Assembly: GCA_964474455.1 (NCBI GenBank)
Contig: CAYYSU010000002.1
Location: forward strand, 31,924 to 95,923
From: an uncultured Bacteroidales bacterium
GTDB taxonomy: Bacteria > Bacteroidota > Bacteroidia > Bacteroidales > BM520
Direction: 5' to 3'
Length of the DNA: 64,000 nucleotides
Shown: positions 56,188 through 64,000 of the stretch, one piece after another
Layout: each line of letters begins with the position of its first letter
Numbering within the stretch: the first letter of the stretch is position 1
Notes under the pieces: model-generated
The model's input: the letters and a program-made list of their open reading frames with translations, nothing else
Told to the model about the DNA's origin: nothing
Database searches by the model: none
Program-made: the position numbers and the translations under genes

Positions 56188-56787
56188 ATGATGTATGCCA
56201 TCCGGGAGCATTTAGCTTCCAAGGTTGTTGGGATTGCCGGAGCAGGGGGCTTAGGTTCTAACTGTGCTGTTTCTCTGGCGCGTACCGGAGTAGGAAAGAT
56301 AATTATTTCTGACTTTGACATCGTCTCACGAAGTAATCTTGCTCGTCAGTACTATTTTGAAGATCAAATTGGACTTAGCAAGCCCAAAGCGTTAAAAATG
56401 AATATCTTTCGTATTGACCCGCATATTCGTATTGTAGTTCATTGTGAAAAAGTAACCCAGGATAATATCAGTCTGATGTTTGGAGATGTGGATGTTCTTG
56501 TGGAAGCTATGGATCTGGATTCTGAGAAACGGCAGTTTCTTGAAACAGCAATAGATTTGTGGCCGCAGCGGCCGTTGGTCTCCGGTAATGGAATGGCCGG
56601 TTGGGGTATGAATGACGAACTAAAAACTTCCAGGTTTGGAAACCTGTATATCTGTGGTGATTCTGTCTCTGCCGTATCTAAAGATACACCTCCACTCTCT
56701 CCTAGAGTGAACATCGTTGCTAACATGCAGGCGAATATTGTTTTGGATATTCTGATGAAAGATTTTGATATTAATATGTATAAATAA
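56188..56787 (+). CDS. thiF: short ThiF-family (E1-like) adenylyltransferase
   Basis: GIAGAGGLGSNCAVSLARTGVGKIIISDFDIVSRSNLARQ dinucleotide-binding/adenylation motif. At 199 aa it fits the short 'ThiF family 2' form. Confidence 0.8.
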   Translation: MMYAIREHLASKVVGIAGAGGLGSNCAVSLARTGVGKIIISDFDIVSRSNLARQYYFEDQIGLSKPKALKMNIFRIDPHIRIVVHCEKVTQDNISLMFGDVDVLVEAMDLDSEKRQFLETAIDLWPQRPLVSGNGMAGWGMNDELKTSRFGNLYICGDSVSAVSKDTPPLSPRVNIVANMQANIVLDILMKDFDINMYK

Positions 56788-56792
56788 CCGAT

Positions 56793-56996
56793 ATGATTAT
56801 TACGTTAAATAATAAGCCGGAAACCATTGAAAAAGAGTCGCTTTCTGTCCAGGATCTCCTGGAGTACAAGAACTTTACTTTTAAAATGTTGGTGATAAAA
56901 ATTAATGGCAAGTTGGTAAAAAAGGATGAATACAACACAACTTATGTTAAAGACGGAGACACAGTACAGGTGTTGCATCTCGTCAGTGGTGGTTGA
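56793..56996 (+). CDS. thiS: ThiS/MoaD-type sulfur-carrier protein (C-terminal GG)
   Basis: 67 aa with ubiquitin-like pattern ...INGKLVKKDEY..T.VKDGDTVQVLHLVSGG ending in Gly-Gly. Lies 5 nt after thiF. Confidence 0.8.
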   Translation: MIITLNNKPETIEKESLSVQDLLEYKNFTFKMLVIKINGKLVKKDEYNTTYVKDGDTVQVLHLVSGG

Positions 56997-58328
56997 TTAT
57001 TTGCCCAAATATTCCAGAAGATCTGCAACCACAAAGGTGCTTCCTCCAATAAAAACCATATCCTTTTCTCCTGCTGAAGCCACTGCTTTTTCATAGGCTT
57101 TTGATACCGTTGAGCACAAATTAATCTTTTTAAATCCCAGATCCACTGCTGTTTGGTATAGTATCTCTGCATCCAGGCTCCTTGGTATATCAGCCTTGCA
57201 GAAGTAAAAATCAGCATTCCGGGGAAACTCCCGTAATATATTTCCTGCTTCTTTATCGTTTACCACGCCCAACACCAGATGAAGATTCTTGTAAGAGGTG
57301 TTTTTTATCATCTTTACAACCTCTTTGACACCTTCTTTATTATGCCCGGTATCGCATACTATCGTAGGTGTGGAAGAGATTATCTGCCAGCGCCCTCTGA
57401 GCGATGTGTTTTTAATAACGTTTTTCATTCCCTCTTTAATGGATGTTGTTGATACGGGGAAATGTGTGTTTTTTAGCATAACCAGAGCAACAACAGCAGT
57501 TTTAATGTTGCTCTCCTGGTAATTACCCATCAGCCCTGTAAATATTTCAGTGGGAATCTTTTCCTGACGGCTTTTAAGTTTATACTCTTTAAATGCCGGG
57601 ATATCTTCATACGGCGGAGTAACGCTTTGTATCTCTTCAATTGATACATGTTCTTCTGCAAAGAGTATTGGCGCCTTTTCAATCTCTGCTTTATTCAGGA
57701 AAACCTCTTCTGTCTCCGGGAGGCTCTGACCTATGACTACCGGGATTTTATGTTTAATGATTCCGGCTTTTTCTCCGGCAATTTCTTCCAATGAGTCGCC
57801 AAGAAATTGTTGGTGGTCGTGGCCGATATTTGTTATCACAGAGAGAATTGATGACACAACATTTGTGCTGTCGAGGCGGCCACCCATTCCTGTTTCAAAA
57901 ACCGCAATTTTCACTTTTTGTTTCTTAAAATGCCACAGTGCCATTGCAAAGGTAATCTCAAAAAATGAAGGGTTCACGTGGACAAATTGATTCGTATAGG
58001 TGTTTACAAATTCCACAACCTCCTGTTCGCTGATTTTCTTCCCGTTTACGGTAATCCTTTCCCTGAAATCGGTGAGATGTGGTGAGGTGTAGAGCCCAAC
58101 TTTATAGCCTTGCTCCAAAAGTGCTGAGGTGATCATGTGCGAGACAGATCCTTTGCCATTTGTTCCTGCCACATGTATTGCGGGAATATCCTCCTCTGGA
58201 TTACCAAGCATTTCGCAAAGTGATATGGTATTGTTGAGGTTTGCTTTATATGCCGCCGCTCCGGTACGTTGGAACATTGGCAGTTGCGAAAAGAGAAATT
58301 CCAGAGTTTCTTTATAGTTTGTGACCAT
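56997..58328 (-). CDS. folC: bifunctional folylpolyglutamate synthase / dihydrofolate synthase
   Basis: HVAGTNGKGS P-loop, GLYTSPHL and FETGMGGRLDSTN. The stop abuts the thiS stop with no spacer. Confidence 0.9.
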   Translation of the reverse strand: MVTNYKETLEFLFSQLPMFQRTGAAAYKANLNNTISLCEMLGNPEEDIPAIHVAGTNGKGSVSHMITSALLEQGYKVGLYTSPHLTDFRERITVNGKKISEQEVVEFVNTYTNQFVHVNPSFFEITFAMALWHFKKQKVKIAVFETGMGGRLDSTNVVSSILSVITNIGHDHQQFLGDSLEEIAGEKAGIIKHKIPVVIGQSLPETEEVFLNKAEIEKAPILFAEEHVSIEEIQSVTPPYEDIPAFKEYKLKSRQEKIPTEIFTGLMGNYQESNIKTAVVALVMLKNTHFPVSTTSIKEGMKNVIKNTSLRGRWQIISSTPTIVCDTGHNKEGVKEVVKMIKNTSYKNLHLVLGVVNDKEAGNILREFPRNADFYFCKADIPRSLDAEILYQTAVDLGFKKINLCSTVSKAYEKAVASAGEKDMVFIGGSTFVVADLLEYLGK

Positions 58329-58352
58329 GATAAAAAATTATTGGGCAAAGGT

Positions 58353-58382
58353 AAAAAAACAGGCCGACAACGAGTGCCGACC
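58353..58382 (-). terminator. intrinsic terminator after tonB
   Basis: Minus strand reads GGTCGGC-N7-GTCGGCC (7 bp including 2 G-U) followed by T7. Confidence 0.5.
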
Positions 58383-58411
58383 TGCGATAATGATTGAAGA
58401 TGGTGTGACCA

Positions 58412-59218
58412 TTAATTCAACCGTATAAAGTTATATGTTATTGTTCCTCGTTGAATCTCCGGGGCGTCGGGTTTTGGAGAGAAGCGAGCTCTTTTTGCTG
58501 CCGCTTCAGCTTCCTTCAACAACTTTTGATCCGTAACGGTAGTTCCCCTTGCTCCAGCTTCTGCTGTGGTTACATTTCCCTGGCGATCAACTCTTATGGT
58601 CACCACTACTTTTCCCTGATCGTCGGAGTTGTATGTGGGCTTTGGTAGTGACTTGGGGTTACGTCCACCCAAGTCGAAAGATATTCCATTCCCCAAACCT
58701 CCAAGTCCATCGTAATTCCCTGAGTCTTCGGTGCCATTTTCCTTACCCTGATCTCCCGGGTATAGGGTGTTTCCTTCGTTGCCGCCATCTTCTGATTCTT
58801 TTTGTTTCCCTTTATATAGAGCATTGGTGTTGACCACCGGTTTTGGTGGTTCCTGTTTTTCTTCCACTAACTCTTCCACCTTTTCTTCTACCTTTTCTTC
58901 CACTACTTCTTCAGCGGGTTCCTCTGCAGGTTCTTCGATATATGGAGTCTCTTCAGATTCATTTGTCACCACCTGATCTTCAGTTTGAGGAATCTCTTCC
59001 ATTACCGGTGGCGGCGTTTCTTCTTCCATAGGAGCGGGAGTTTCCTGTTGGTTGTTTCCGCTACCCACATCGGAGAACCCCAGGTCAACCTCCACACCTT
59101 CTTCACCTGGAAGGGGCAGGGGGGTGGAGAATCCGAAGAAAAACAGTAGTATCAGTGCTATGAGATGCACTATCACCGTTCCCAGGATACCTTTTATTTT
59201 ATCACCACTTAATGCCAT
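58412..59218 (-). CDS. tonB: TonB-family energy transducer
   Basis: N-terminal TM, Pro/Glu-rich spacer (EEPAEEPAEEVVEEKVEEKVEE), and a C-terminal TonB fold (GKVVVTIRVDRQGNV...A). Confidence 0.85.
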   Translation of the reverse strand: MALSGDKIKGILGTVIVHLIALILLFFFGFSTPLPLPGEEGVEVDLGFSDVGSGNNQQETPAPMEEETPPPVMEEIPQTEDQVVTNESEETPYIEEPAEEPAEEVVEEKVEEKVEELVEEKQEPPKPVVNTNALYKGKQKESEDGGNEGNTLYPGDQGKENGTEDSGNYDGLGGLGNGISFDLGGRNPKSLPKPTYNSDDQGKVVVTIRVDRQGNVTTAEAGARGTTVTDQKLLKEAEAAAKRARFSPKPDAPEIQRGTITYNFIRLN

Positions 59219-59634
59219 TATTTACGTGGTTTAGTTGCCAAAATAATTTTATGCTTTGAATCATAGAGTCTGTTAACCTCATTTACTGCATCGATCACGT
59301 TCACCAGCGCCTGTATCTCAACAGATTTTTCTGCTCTGACAACTACGGAACTTTCAAATTCCTCGCGCAGCACATTGGCCAGTCCGTCAACCATGGTGTT
59401 TTCATCCACAGGAGTACCGTCCACATAGTAGATGAGGTCTGAGTCGATGTACACGGTTACGGTAGCAGGCTTTGCCATAGTCTTGCTGTTACTGGAAGGT
59501 AAGAGCAGTTTTACGGCGTTGGGTGCCACCAGTGTTGAAGTAAGCATAAAGAATATCAACAACAGGAACACCAGATCCGACATGGATGACATGTTGAATT
59601 CGACACGTTTTTTATTTCTGACTCGTAATGCCAT
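59218..59634 (-). CDS. exbD: ExbD/TolR-family biopolymer transport protein
   Basis: 138 aa with a single TM (MSDLVFLLLIFFMLTS) and a periplasmic domain. Its stop overlaps the tonB start (TAATG). Confidence 0.85.
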   Translation of the reverse strand: MALRVRNKKRVEFNMSSMSDLVFLLLIFFMLTSTLVAPNAVKLLLPSSNSKTMAKPATVTVYIDSDLIYYVDGTPVDENTMVDGLANVLREEFESSVVVRAEKSVEIQALVNVIDAVNEVNRLYDSKHKIILATKPRK

Positions 59635-59646
59635 AGTTGTATTTTT

Positions 59647-60363
59647 TTAGGATGCCGGTTCATAAAGTACGTCCATAAATTCCTGTGCTCTGGCTTCCAG
59701 CAGGAAGACCATTTTTTCGATTCTCGCCACAAGAATATTATAGAGTACATAACCGATAATACCTACTATAAGGCCGCCAACAGTGGTTATCATTGCCTGA
59801 TAAATACCAGATGACAGTAATCCGATATCTATGTTGTTTCCTGCCATGGACATATCGTAGAATGCTCTGACCATACCTATAACCGTACCCAGAAAACCAA
59901 CCATTGGTGCTATAGATGCTATGGTTGATATCACGGCAACATTTTTTTCTAGTCGTGCCACTTCCAGGTTTCCTACGTTTTCAATGGCAGCGTTGATATC
60001 GTTAAGGGGTTTTCCGATACGGGAGAGTCCTTTCTGGATCATCTTTGCAATAGGAGTGTTTGTTGTTTTACACAGGTCTTTTGCCGAATCCAGCCTGCCG
60101 TTGTGCATGAAATCCCTGATATTGTTCATGAAGTTTTTATCTTCTTTGGTAGCACGAATAAGCATCAGATATCTTTCTATGAAGATATATACGGCGAGAA
60201 TGGACATTAATGCCAACACCACCATAATCCATCCACCTTTTTGAACCATTTCCCAGCCCAGTATGGTGACCTCTCCCGCTTCTTCGGTCACGGCTACTTG
60301 TGTTGCTGCTTGTGCCAGTGTTTCTGCTCCCTGGCTAAATGCTAAAATAACTTGATTAAGCAT
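59647..60363 (-). CDS. exbB: MotA/TolQ/ExbB proton-channel protein
   Basis: Three TM segments and the conserved IASIAPMVGFLGTVIGM block. Confidence 0.85.
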   Translation of the reverse strand: MLNQVILAFSQGAETLAQAATQVAVTEEAGEVTILGWEMVQKGGWIMVVLALMSILAVYIFIERYLMLIRATKEDKNFMNNIRDFMHNGRLDSAKDLCKTTNTPIAKMIQKGLSRIGKPLNDINAAIENVGNLEVARLEKNVAVISTIASIAPMVGFLGTVIGMVRAFYDMSMAGNNIDIGLLSSGIYQAMITTVGGLIVGIIGYVLYNILVARIEKMVFLLEARAQEFMDVLYEPAS

Positions 60364-60478
60364 AGAGTCTGTTTTTTTTATTATGCTAAATTAATAATCC
60401 TGATTCTGCCAAATGGTAATAACGGCATATTTTTCCTAACAGGGTTTTGTTAATATAAACTGATTTTCCGGGTTTTTA

Positions 60479-61543
60479 TTATAGGCTGCAAATGATACCT
60501 CCACAATTGTTCCGTGAAGCACCTGTTACTTCGGCCATTATGTTTGGCTTTTCCACCATTCGCAAAAGTCCGAGCCAGGCAAAAACGATAGCTTCCTTGT
60601 AGTCTATTATCTCCCTTTGGGGGATAATAATCTTTTTCTCTGTTTTTGATTTGATTTTTTCTATCAAGAATATGTTTCTTGCGCCGCCACCGGTGGTGAG
60701 GACTCTATTGCCTGTTGCCATGTTTATACTGTAAGCAATCTGTGATGTGATATGCTCAACACAGGTTGACATAATATCAGCTGTTGGTCTCTTTTGTGTT
60801 ATCATGGGGATGACGTTGTTCTCCACCCATTCGCGACCCAATGATTTAGGAAATGGTTTTTGATAATATGGCAGATGGTTTAATGAGGCCAGTAATCCGT
60901 GGATAATACTTCCTGAGCGGGCCATGTTACCGTTTTCATCGAAGTCTTTACCCTCTTTTTGTGCCAGCATATTAAGGATATAATTACAAACACTAATATC
61001 TCCGGCAACTCTTTTACCTTTATTGTCAAATGAGATATTGCTAAAACCACCAAGATTGAGGCACATATCATATTCGCCAAAGAGATCTCTGTCACCTACG
61101 GGTACCAAAGGAGCTCCGTGGCCTCCCAGGGCTACATCCAGAGAACGAAAATCATATATTACCGGAATGCCCGTTTCAGATGCTATCGATGCACCATGAC
61201 CAACCTGTACTGTATATCCTGCAGCAGGGTTGTGGAAAATTGTGTGCCCGTGTGAGGCAATGGCACAGGGCCTTTTCTTGCTATCGGCAAGAAAGCGGTT
61301 CACACATTCACCAAGATACTTTCCGTATTCTCTGTCAACGCGGCAAAAGGTTTCAGCATCAACGGTATGTAGTGTTCTTAAGGTTTCTGTTAATTCTTTA
61401 TTGTATTCAACAGTATCGGACTTTTCAACCTTAAAAATCCATCTGTTATTATCATAAAAAAAGGAACACAGAACCATATCCAAACCGTCCAATGATGTTC
61501 CGGACATCAACCCGACGAGGGTATATGTCATGTTTTTCTTCAT
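60479..61543 (-). CDS. anmK: anhydro-N-acetylmuramic acid kinase
   Basis: GLMSGTSLDGLDMVL N-terminal motif, NLGGFSN and TTGGGARN. Confidence 0.9.
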   Translation of the reverse strand: MKKNMTYTLVGLMSGTSLDGLDMVLCSFFYDNNRWIFKVEKSDTVEYNKELTETLRTLHTVDAETFCRVDREYGKYLGECVNRFLADSKKRPCAIASHGHTIFHNPAAGYTVQVGHGASIASETGIPVIYDFRSLDVALGGHGAPLVPVGDRDLFGEYDMCLNLGGFSNISFDNKGKRVAGDISVCNYILNMLAQKEGKDFDENGNMARSGSIIHGLLASLNHLPYYQKPFPKSLGREWVENNVIPMITQKRPTADIMSTCVEHITSQIAYSINMATGNRVLTTGGGARNIFLIEKIKSKTEKKIIIPQREIIDYKEAIVFAWLGLLRMVEKPNIMAEVTGASRNNCGGIICSL

Positions 61544-62835
61544 TATAAAATAATTTTTAGAAGTTCCAGCTTAACCCCTCTCGATCCTTTAATGAGGATT
61601 GTATATCCTTCAATTTTTTCTGCGGCTAGGAATTGCTCACACGCTATTACATCTGCGAAAGCATGATAATTTTTATTATGATTTGCTGACATAAATTCAT
61701 TACCCACAAGAATAACCAATTGAAAGTCATTTTCTTTTAGTTGTTTGATTATTGCTAAATGTTCTTTTTGTGATTCTTGTCCCAGCTCCAGCATGTCGCC
61801 AAGGATAACAGCTTTTTTTTCTGCTGTGCCGCTGGCAAAAGAACGGAGAGCGCTGCTCATACTTGTTGGATTAGCATTGTAGGCATCCATTATCAGGATA
61901 TTTCGCTCTTTTTTTTCCACCTGCGACCTGTTGTTTGAAGGCTCATAAGACGCTATTGCTGCAACTATTTCGTTTATTCCAACATCAAAAAAACTTCCTA
62001 TAGCTGTGGCTGCCAGTACATTGAACAGGTTGTGCTCGCCAAACAGGTTTGTTTTTAATGTAACAGCCTGATCATTATTAGATGTTTTTAGTTTTACAGT
62101 AATGGTGGGATCACTAGTAATAATCCTTCCGTTTATTGTTTCATTGTCGGTGCCATAGATCATTGCATTAGGGTACTCTTTATACTGTGAAAGCCATGGT
62201 TCTTCATTGAGGAAGAAAATGGGTCCCTGTTTTTTGATAATATGGTCGAAGAGAGATTTTTTTGTTTTGAAAACGCCCTCTTCAGAGCCAAATCCTTCCA
62301 GATGAGCTTTTCCTATGTTTGTGATAATACCTATGTCAGGGTCAGCTATACGGCATAGTTCTGCAATCTCTCCAGGATGGTTTGCTCCCATTTCGATTAT
62401 TGCCATTTCAGCCAGTGGCGGAATAGCCAGTAATGTCAATGGAACGCCTATGTGGTTATTAAAGTTCCCTTTTGTTGCATAGGTTTTATATTTTTTAGAT
62501 AGCACAGCATTAGTCAGCTCCTTTGTTGTGGTTTTGCCATTGGTTCCTGTTATGGCAATTATTTTTGCTTGCAGGTGTTTTCTGTGTTCAGCTGCCAGTT
62601 GTTGAAGAGCCAGCAGAACACTTTGCCTGCGGATAGTTTTTTGAGGCGGAGTATCTGTTTCTTCATCAGTAACTACGTATGCGGCACCTTTTTTCAATGC
62701 TTCTGCTGCGAATTCATTGGCATTAAAATTTTCTCCTTTAAGGGCGAAGAAAATGCTTCCTTTTCTGATCTTACGAGTGTCAGTATCAATCAAAGGATGC
62801 TTTAGATATATATGATATAGATTTTTTGTGATCAT
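61543..62835 (-). CDS. murF: UDP-N-acetylmuramoyl-tripeptide--D-alanyl-D-alanine ligase
   Basis: ITGTNGKTTTKE P-loop, EMGANHPGEI and DAYNANPTSM. The stop overlaps the anmK start by 1 nt. Confidence 0.9.
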   Translation of the reverse strand: MITKNLYHIYLKHPLIDTDTRKIRKGSIFFALKGENFNANEFAAEALKKGAAYVVTDEETDTPPQKTIRRQSVLLALQQLAAEHRKHLQAKIIAITGTNGKTTTKELTNAVLSKKYKTYATKGNFNNHIGVPLTLLAIPPLAEMAIIEMGANHPGEIAELCRIADPDIGIITNIGKAHLEGFGSEEGVFKTKKSLFDHIIKKQGPIFFLNEEPWLSQYKEYPNAMIYGTDNETINGRIITSDPTITVKLKTSNNDQAVTLKTNLFGEHNLFNVLAATAIGSFFDVGINEIVAAIASYEPSNNRSQVEKKERNILIMDAYNANPTSMSSALRSFASGTAEKKAVILGDMLELGQESQKEHLAIIKQLKENDFQLVILVGNEFMSANHNKNYHAFADVIACEQFLAAEKIEGYTILIKGSRGVKLELLKIIL

Positions 62836-62845
62836 GGTTAAAAGT

Positions 62846-62875
62846 ACAAAAAAAAGGCATCCATAATAGATGCCT
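62846..62875 (-). terminator. intrinsic terminator after gldJ
   Basis: Minus strand reads AGGCATC-N7-GATGCCT followed by T8-9. Confidence 0.65.
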
Positions 62876-62900
62876 AAGAATATATGTGAAAACAGGGTTT

Positions 62901-64000
62901 TTATTTTCCGGCGCTCACCTGGCTACCAACGCGATCCATGGCGCAGCGGAATCCGATGAAGTTCGTAGCTTCATTTTCGTCGAGGTAGCGACGCACCGAC
63001 GGCGAGAGGAAGTATGCTGCATCATTCCAGCTACCACCTTTAAAGACGCGAGTCTGGTCACTGATAAGTGAACGGTCAGCGTATGCGTACATGTTATTAG
63101 TAGTATTGCTGCCTTCCTGAGGCTGTGAAGCCCAGTCTACGCCTGCCTGTGACTGATAGTCACCGTCGAGGTAGTTGATGTTATCAGCTTTACGATAGTT
63201 TCTGCGTGTGAGGCTTTCTTCTACTGTTACATCACGATATTTTATGCGACCCATAGAGTCTTTCTCTACGAGGAACCCTTCTTCGTCAGTCTCTTTTGTT
63301 GTGAAGACATTACCACGAAAAGGGTTAAGGTCTTCGACATCCTCGAAAGAGCTGGGGCGATAAACATCCATTACCCACTCGGCAACGTTGCCAGCCATGT
63401 TATATAGACCGTAATCGTTGGGCCAGTATGAACCGACCTGTGCTGGGATCATCGCACCATCATTAAGGTTTCCTGCAACACCCATGTAGTCACCACGTGC
63501 ACGTTTAAAGTTAGCTATGAAGCTACCGTTGTATTTTTTGTCGTCAGTACGAATGATATTTCCATTCCATGGGTATATGCGTCGTTCCACAACACGGTTG
63601 TAGAGAGTATTACCAATAAGCCCCAGGGCAGCATATTCCCATTCTGCCTCTGTTGGGAGTCGGTATTTAGGTAAAAGGATTCCATCTTCCCATCGTACCG
63701 GTCGTGTTTCTCCTTCAGAACCCGCTGAAGGGAGGTTTTCTTTTACTATACCATCGTATTGTCTGGCCAGATACGCTTCAGTATTGAAGTTTTTTTCGTT
63801 CTGTTGTCCCGGGTCCGGCTCAAGGATACCTTCACTAATAAGGATCATTTCGTTAACACGGTCGGTTCTCCAGGTACAGAAGTTCATAGCCTGCACCCAG
63901 TCAACACCAACAACAGGATAGTTTCTGTATGACGGATGGCGAAGGTAGTTTTCCACCAAAGGTTCATTGTATCCTAGTTTTTCGCGCCATACCAGAGTGT
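62901..64000 (-). CDS. gldJ: gliding-motility lipoprotein GldJ (FGE-sulfatase/SUMF1-like), C-terminal part; 5' end outside window
   Basis: YPVVGVDWVQAMNFCTWRTDRVNE, RLPTEAEWEYAA, YNMAGNVAEWV, VFKGGSW and GFRCA. The frame stays open to the window edge; the 'M' at 63959 in the track is an internal TTG. Confidence 0.85.
   Translation of the reverse strand, partial: TLVWREKLGYNEPLVENYLRHPSYRNYPVVGVDWVQAMNFCTWRTDRVNEMILISEGILEPDPGQQNEKNFNTEAYLARQYDGIVKENLPSAGSEGETRPVRWEDGILLPKYRLPTEAEWEYAALGLIGNTLYNRVVERRIYPWNGNIIRTDDKKYNGSFIANFKRARGDYMGVAGNLNDGAMIPAQVGSYWPNDYGLYNMAGNVAEWVMDVYRPSSFEDVEDLNPFRGNVFTTKETDEEGFLVEKDSMGRIKYRDVTVEESLTRRNYRKADNINYLDGDYQSQAGVDWASQPQEGSNTTNNMYAYADRSLISDQTRVFKGGSWNDAAYFLSPSVRRYLDENEATNFIGFRCAMDRVGSQVSAGK

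Noticed and set aside
58451-59234. Cluster of short ORFs on both strands over the tonB spacer region
   Set aside because: They arise from the low-complexity GAA/GAG/CCN repeats that encode the Pro/Glu-rich TonB linker.

Overview
This window looks like chromosomal DNA from an anaerobic member of the Bacteroidota. That inference rests on type-A T9SS C-terminal sorting domains on three proteins, GldJ, a UpxY-type NusG paralogue, TTTG/TAnnTTTG promoter boxes, PFOR and an aldehyde:ferredoxin oxidoreductase. I can support 44 protein-coding genes, 3 tRNA genes (Gly-Leu-Gly), about a dozen intrinsic terminators and a few promoter- or operator-like sites. I saw no rRNA, CRISPR array, transposase, integrase or phage genes. 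Most of the window is housekeeping: folate metabolism (folK, folC, 5-formyl-THF cyclo-ligase), mutS, xseAB, murF/anmK, exbB-exbD-tonB, sppA and nucleotide salvage. The part worth attention is a 21-kb same-strand, tightly packed block at 7.6-28.8 kb. It encodes a ~2,476-aa Pmp-repeat beta-helix protein with a T9SS sorting domain, a second T9SS cargo, two outer-membrane beta-barrel proteins with extra domains, a PKD protein, a secreted vWA protein, a fused MacB-type ABC ATPase/permease with a long cytoplasmic insert, and a transglutaminase-like protease-fold lipoprotein. Together these span inner membrane to cell surface, and I cannot match the combination to any named system. The nearest functional analogy is the Lap adhesin retention/release system, but it is built from unrelated parts. 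Secondary curiosities are listed below.
- A standalone TiaS-like (DUF1743-type) protein sits in an operon with a ModE-like regulator next to a W/Mo aldehyde oxidoreductase.
- A DUF364-ThiF-ThiS trio lies outside any thiamine context.
- A duplicated tRNA-Gly has one copy carrying C55.
- A UpxY antiterminator sits outside any polysaccharide locus.
All domain calls come from reading motifs by eye. No database search was run, and domain boundaries are approximate.
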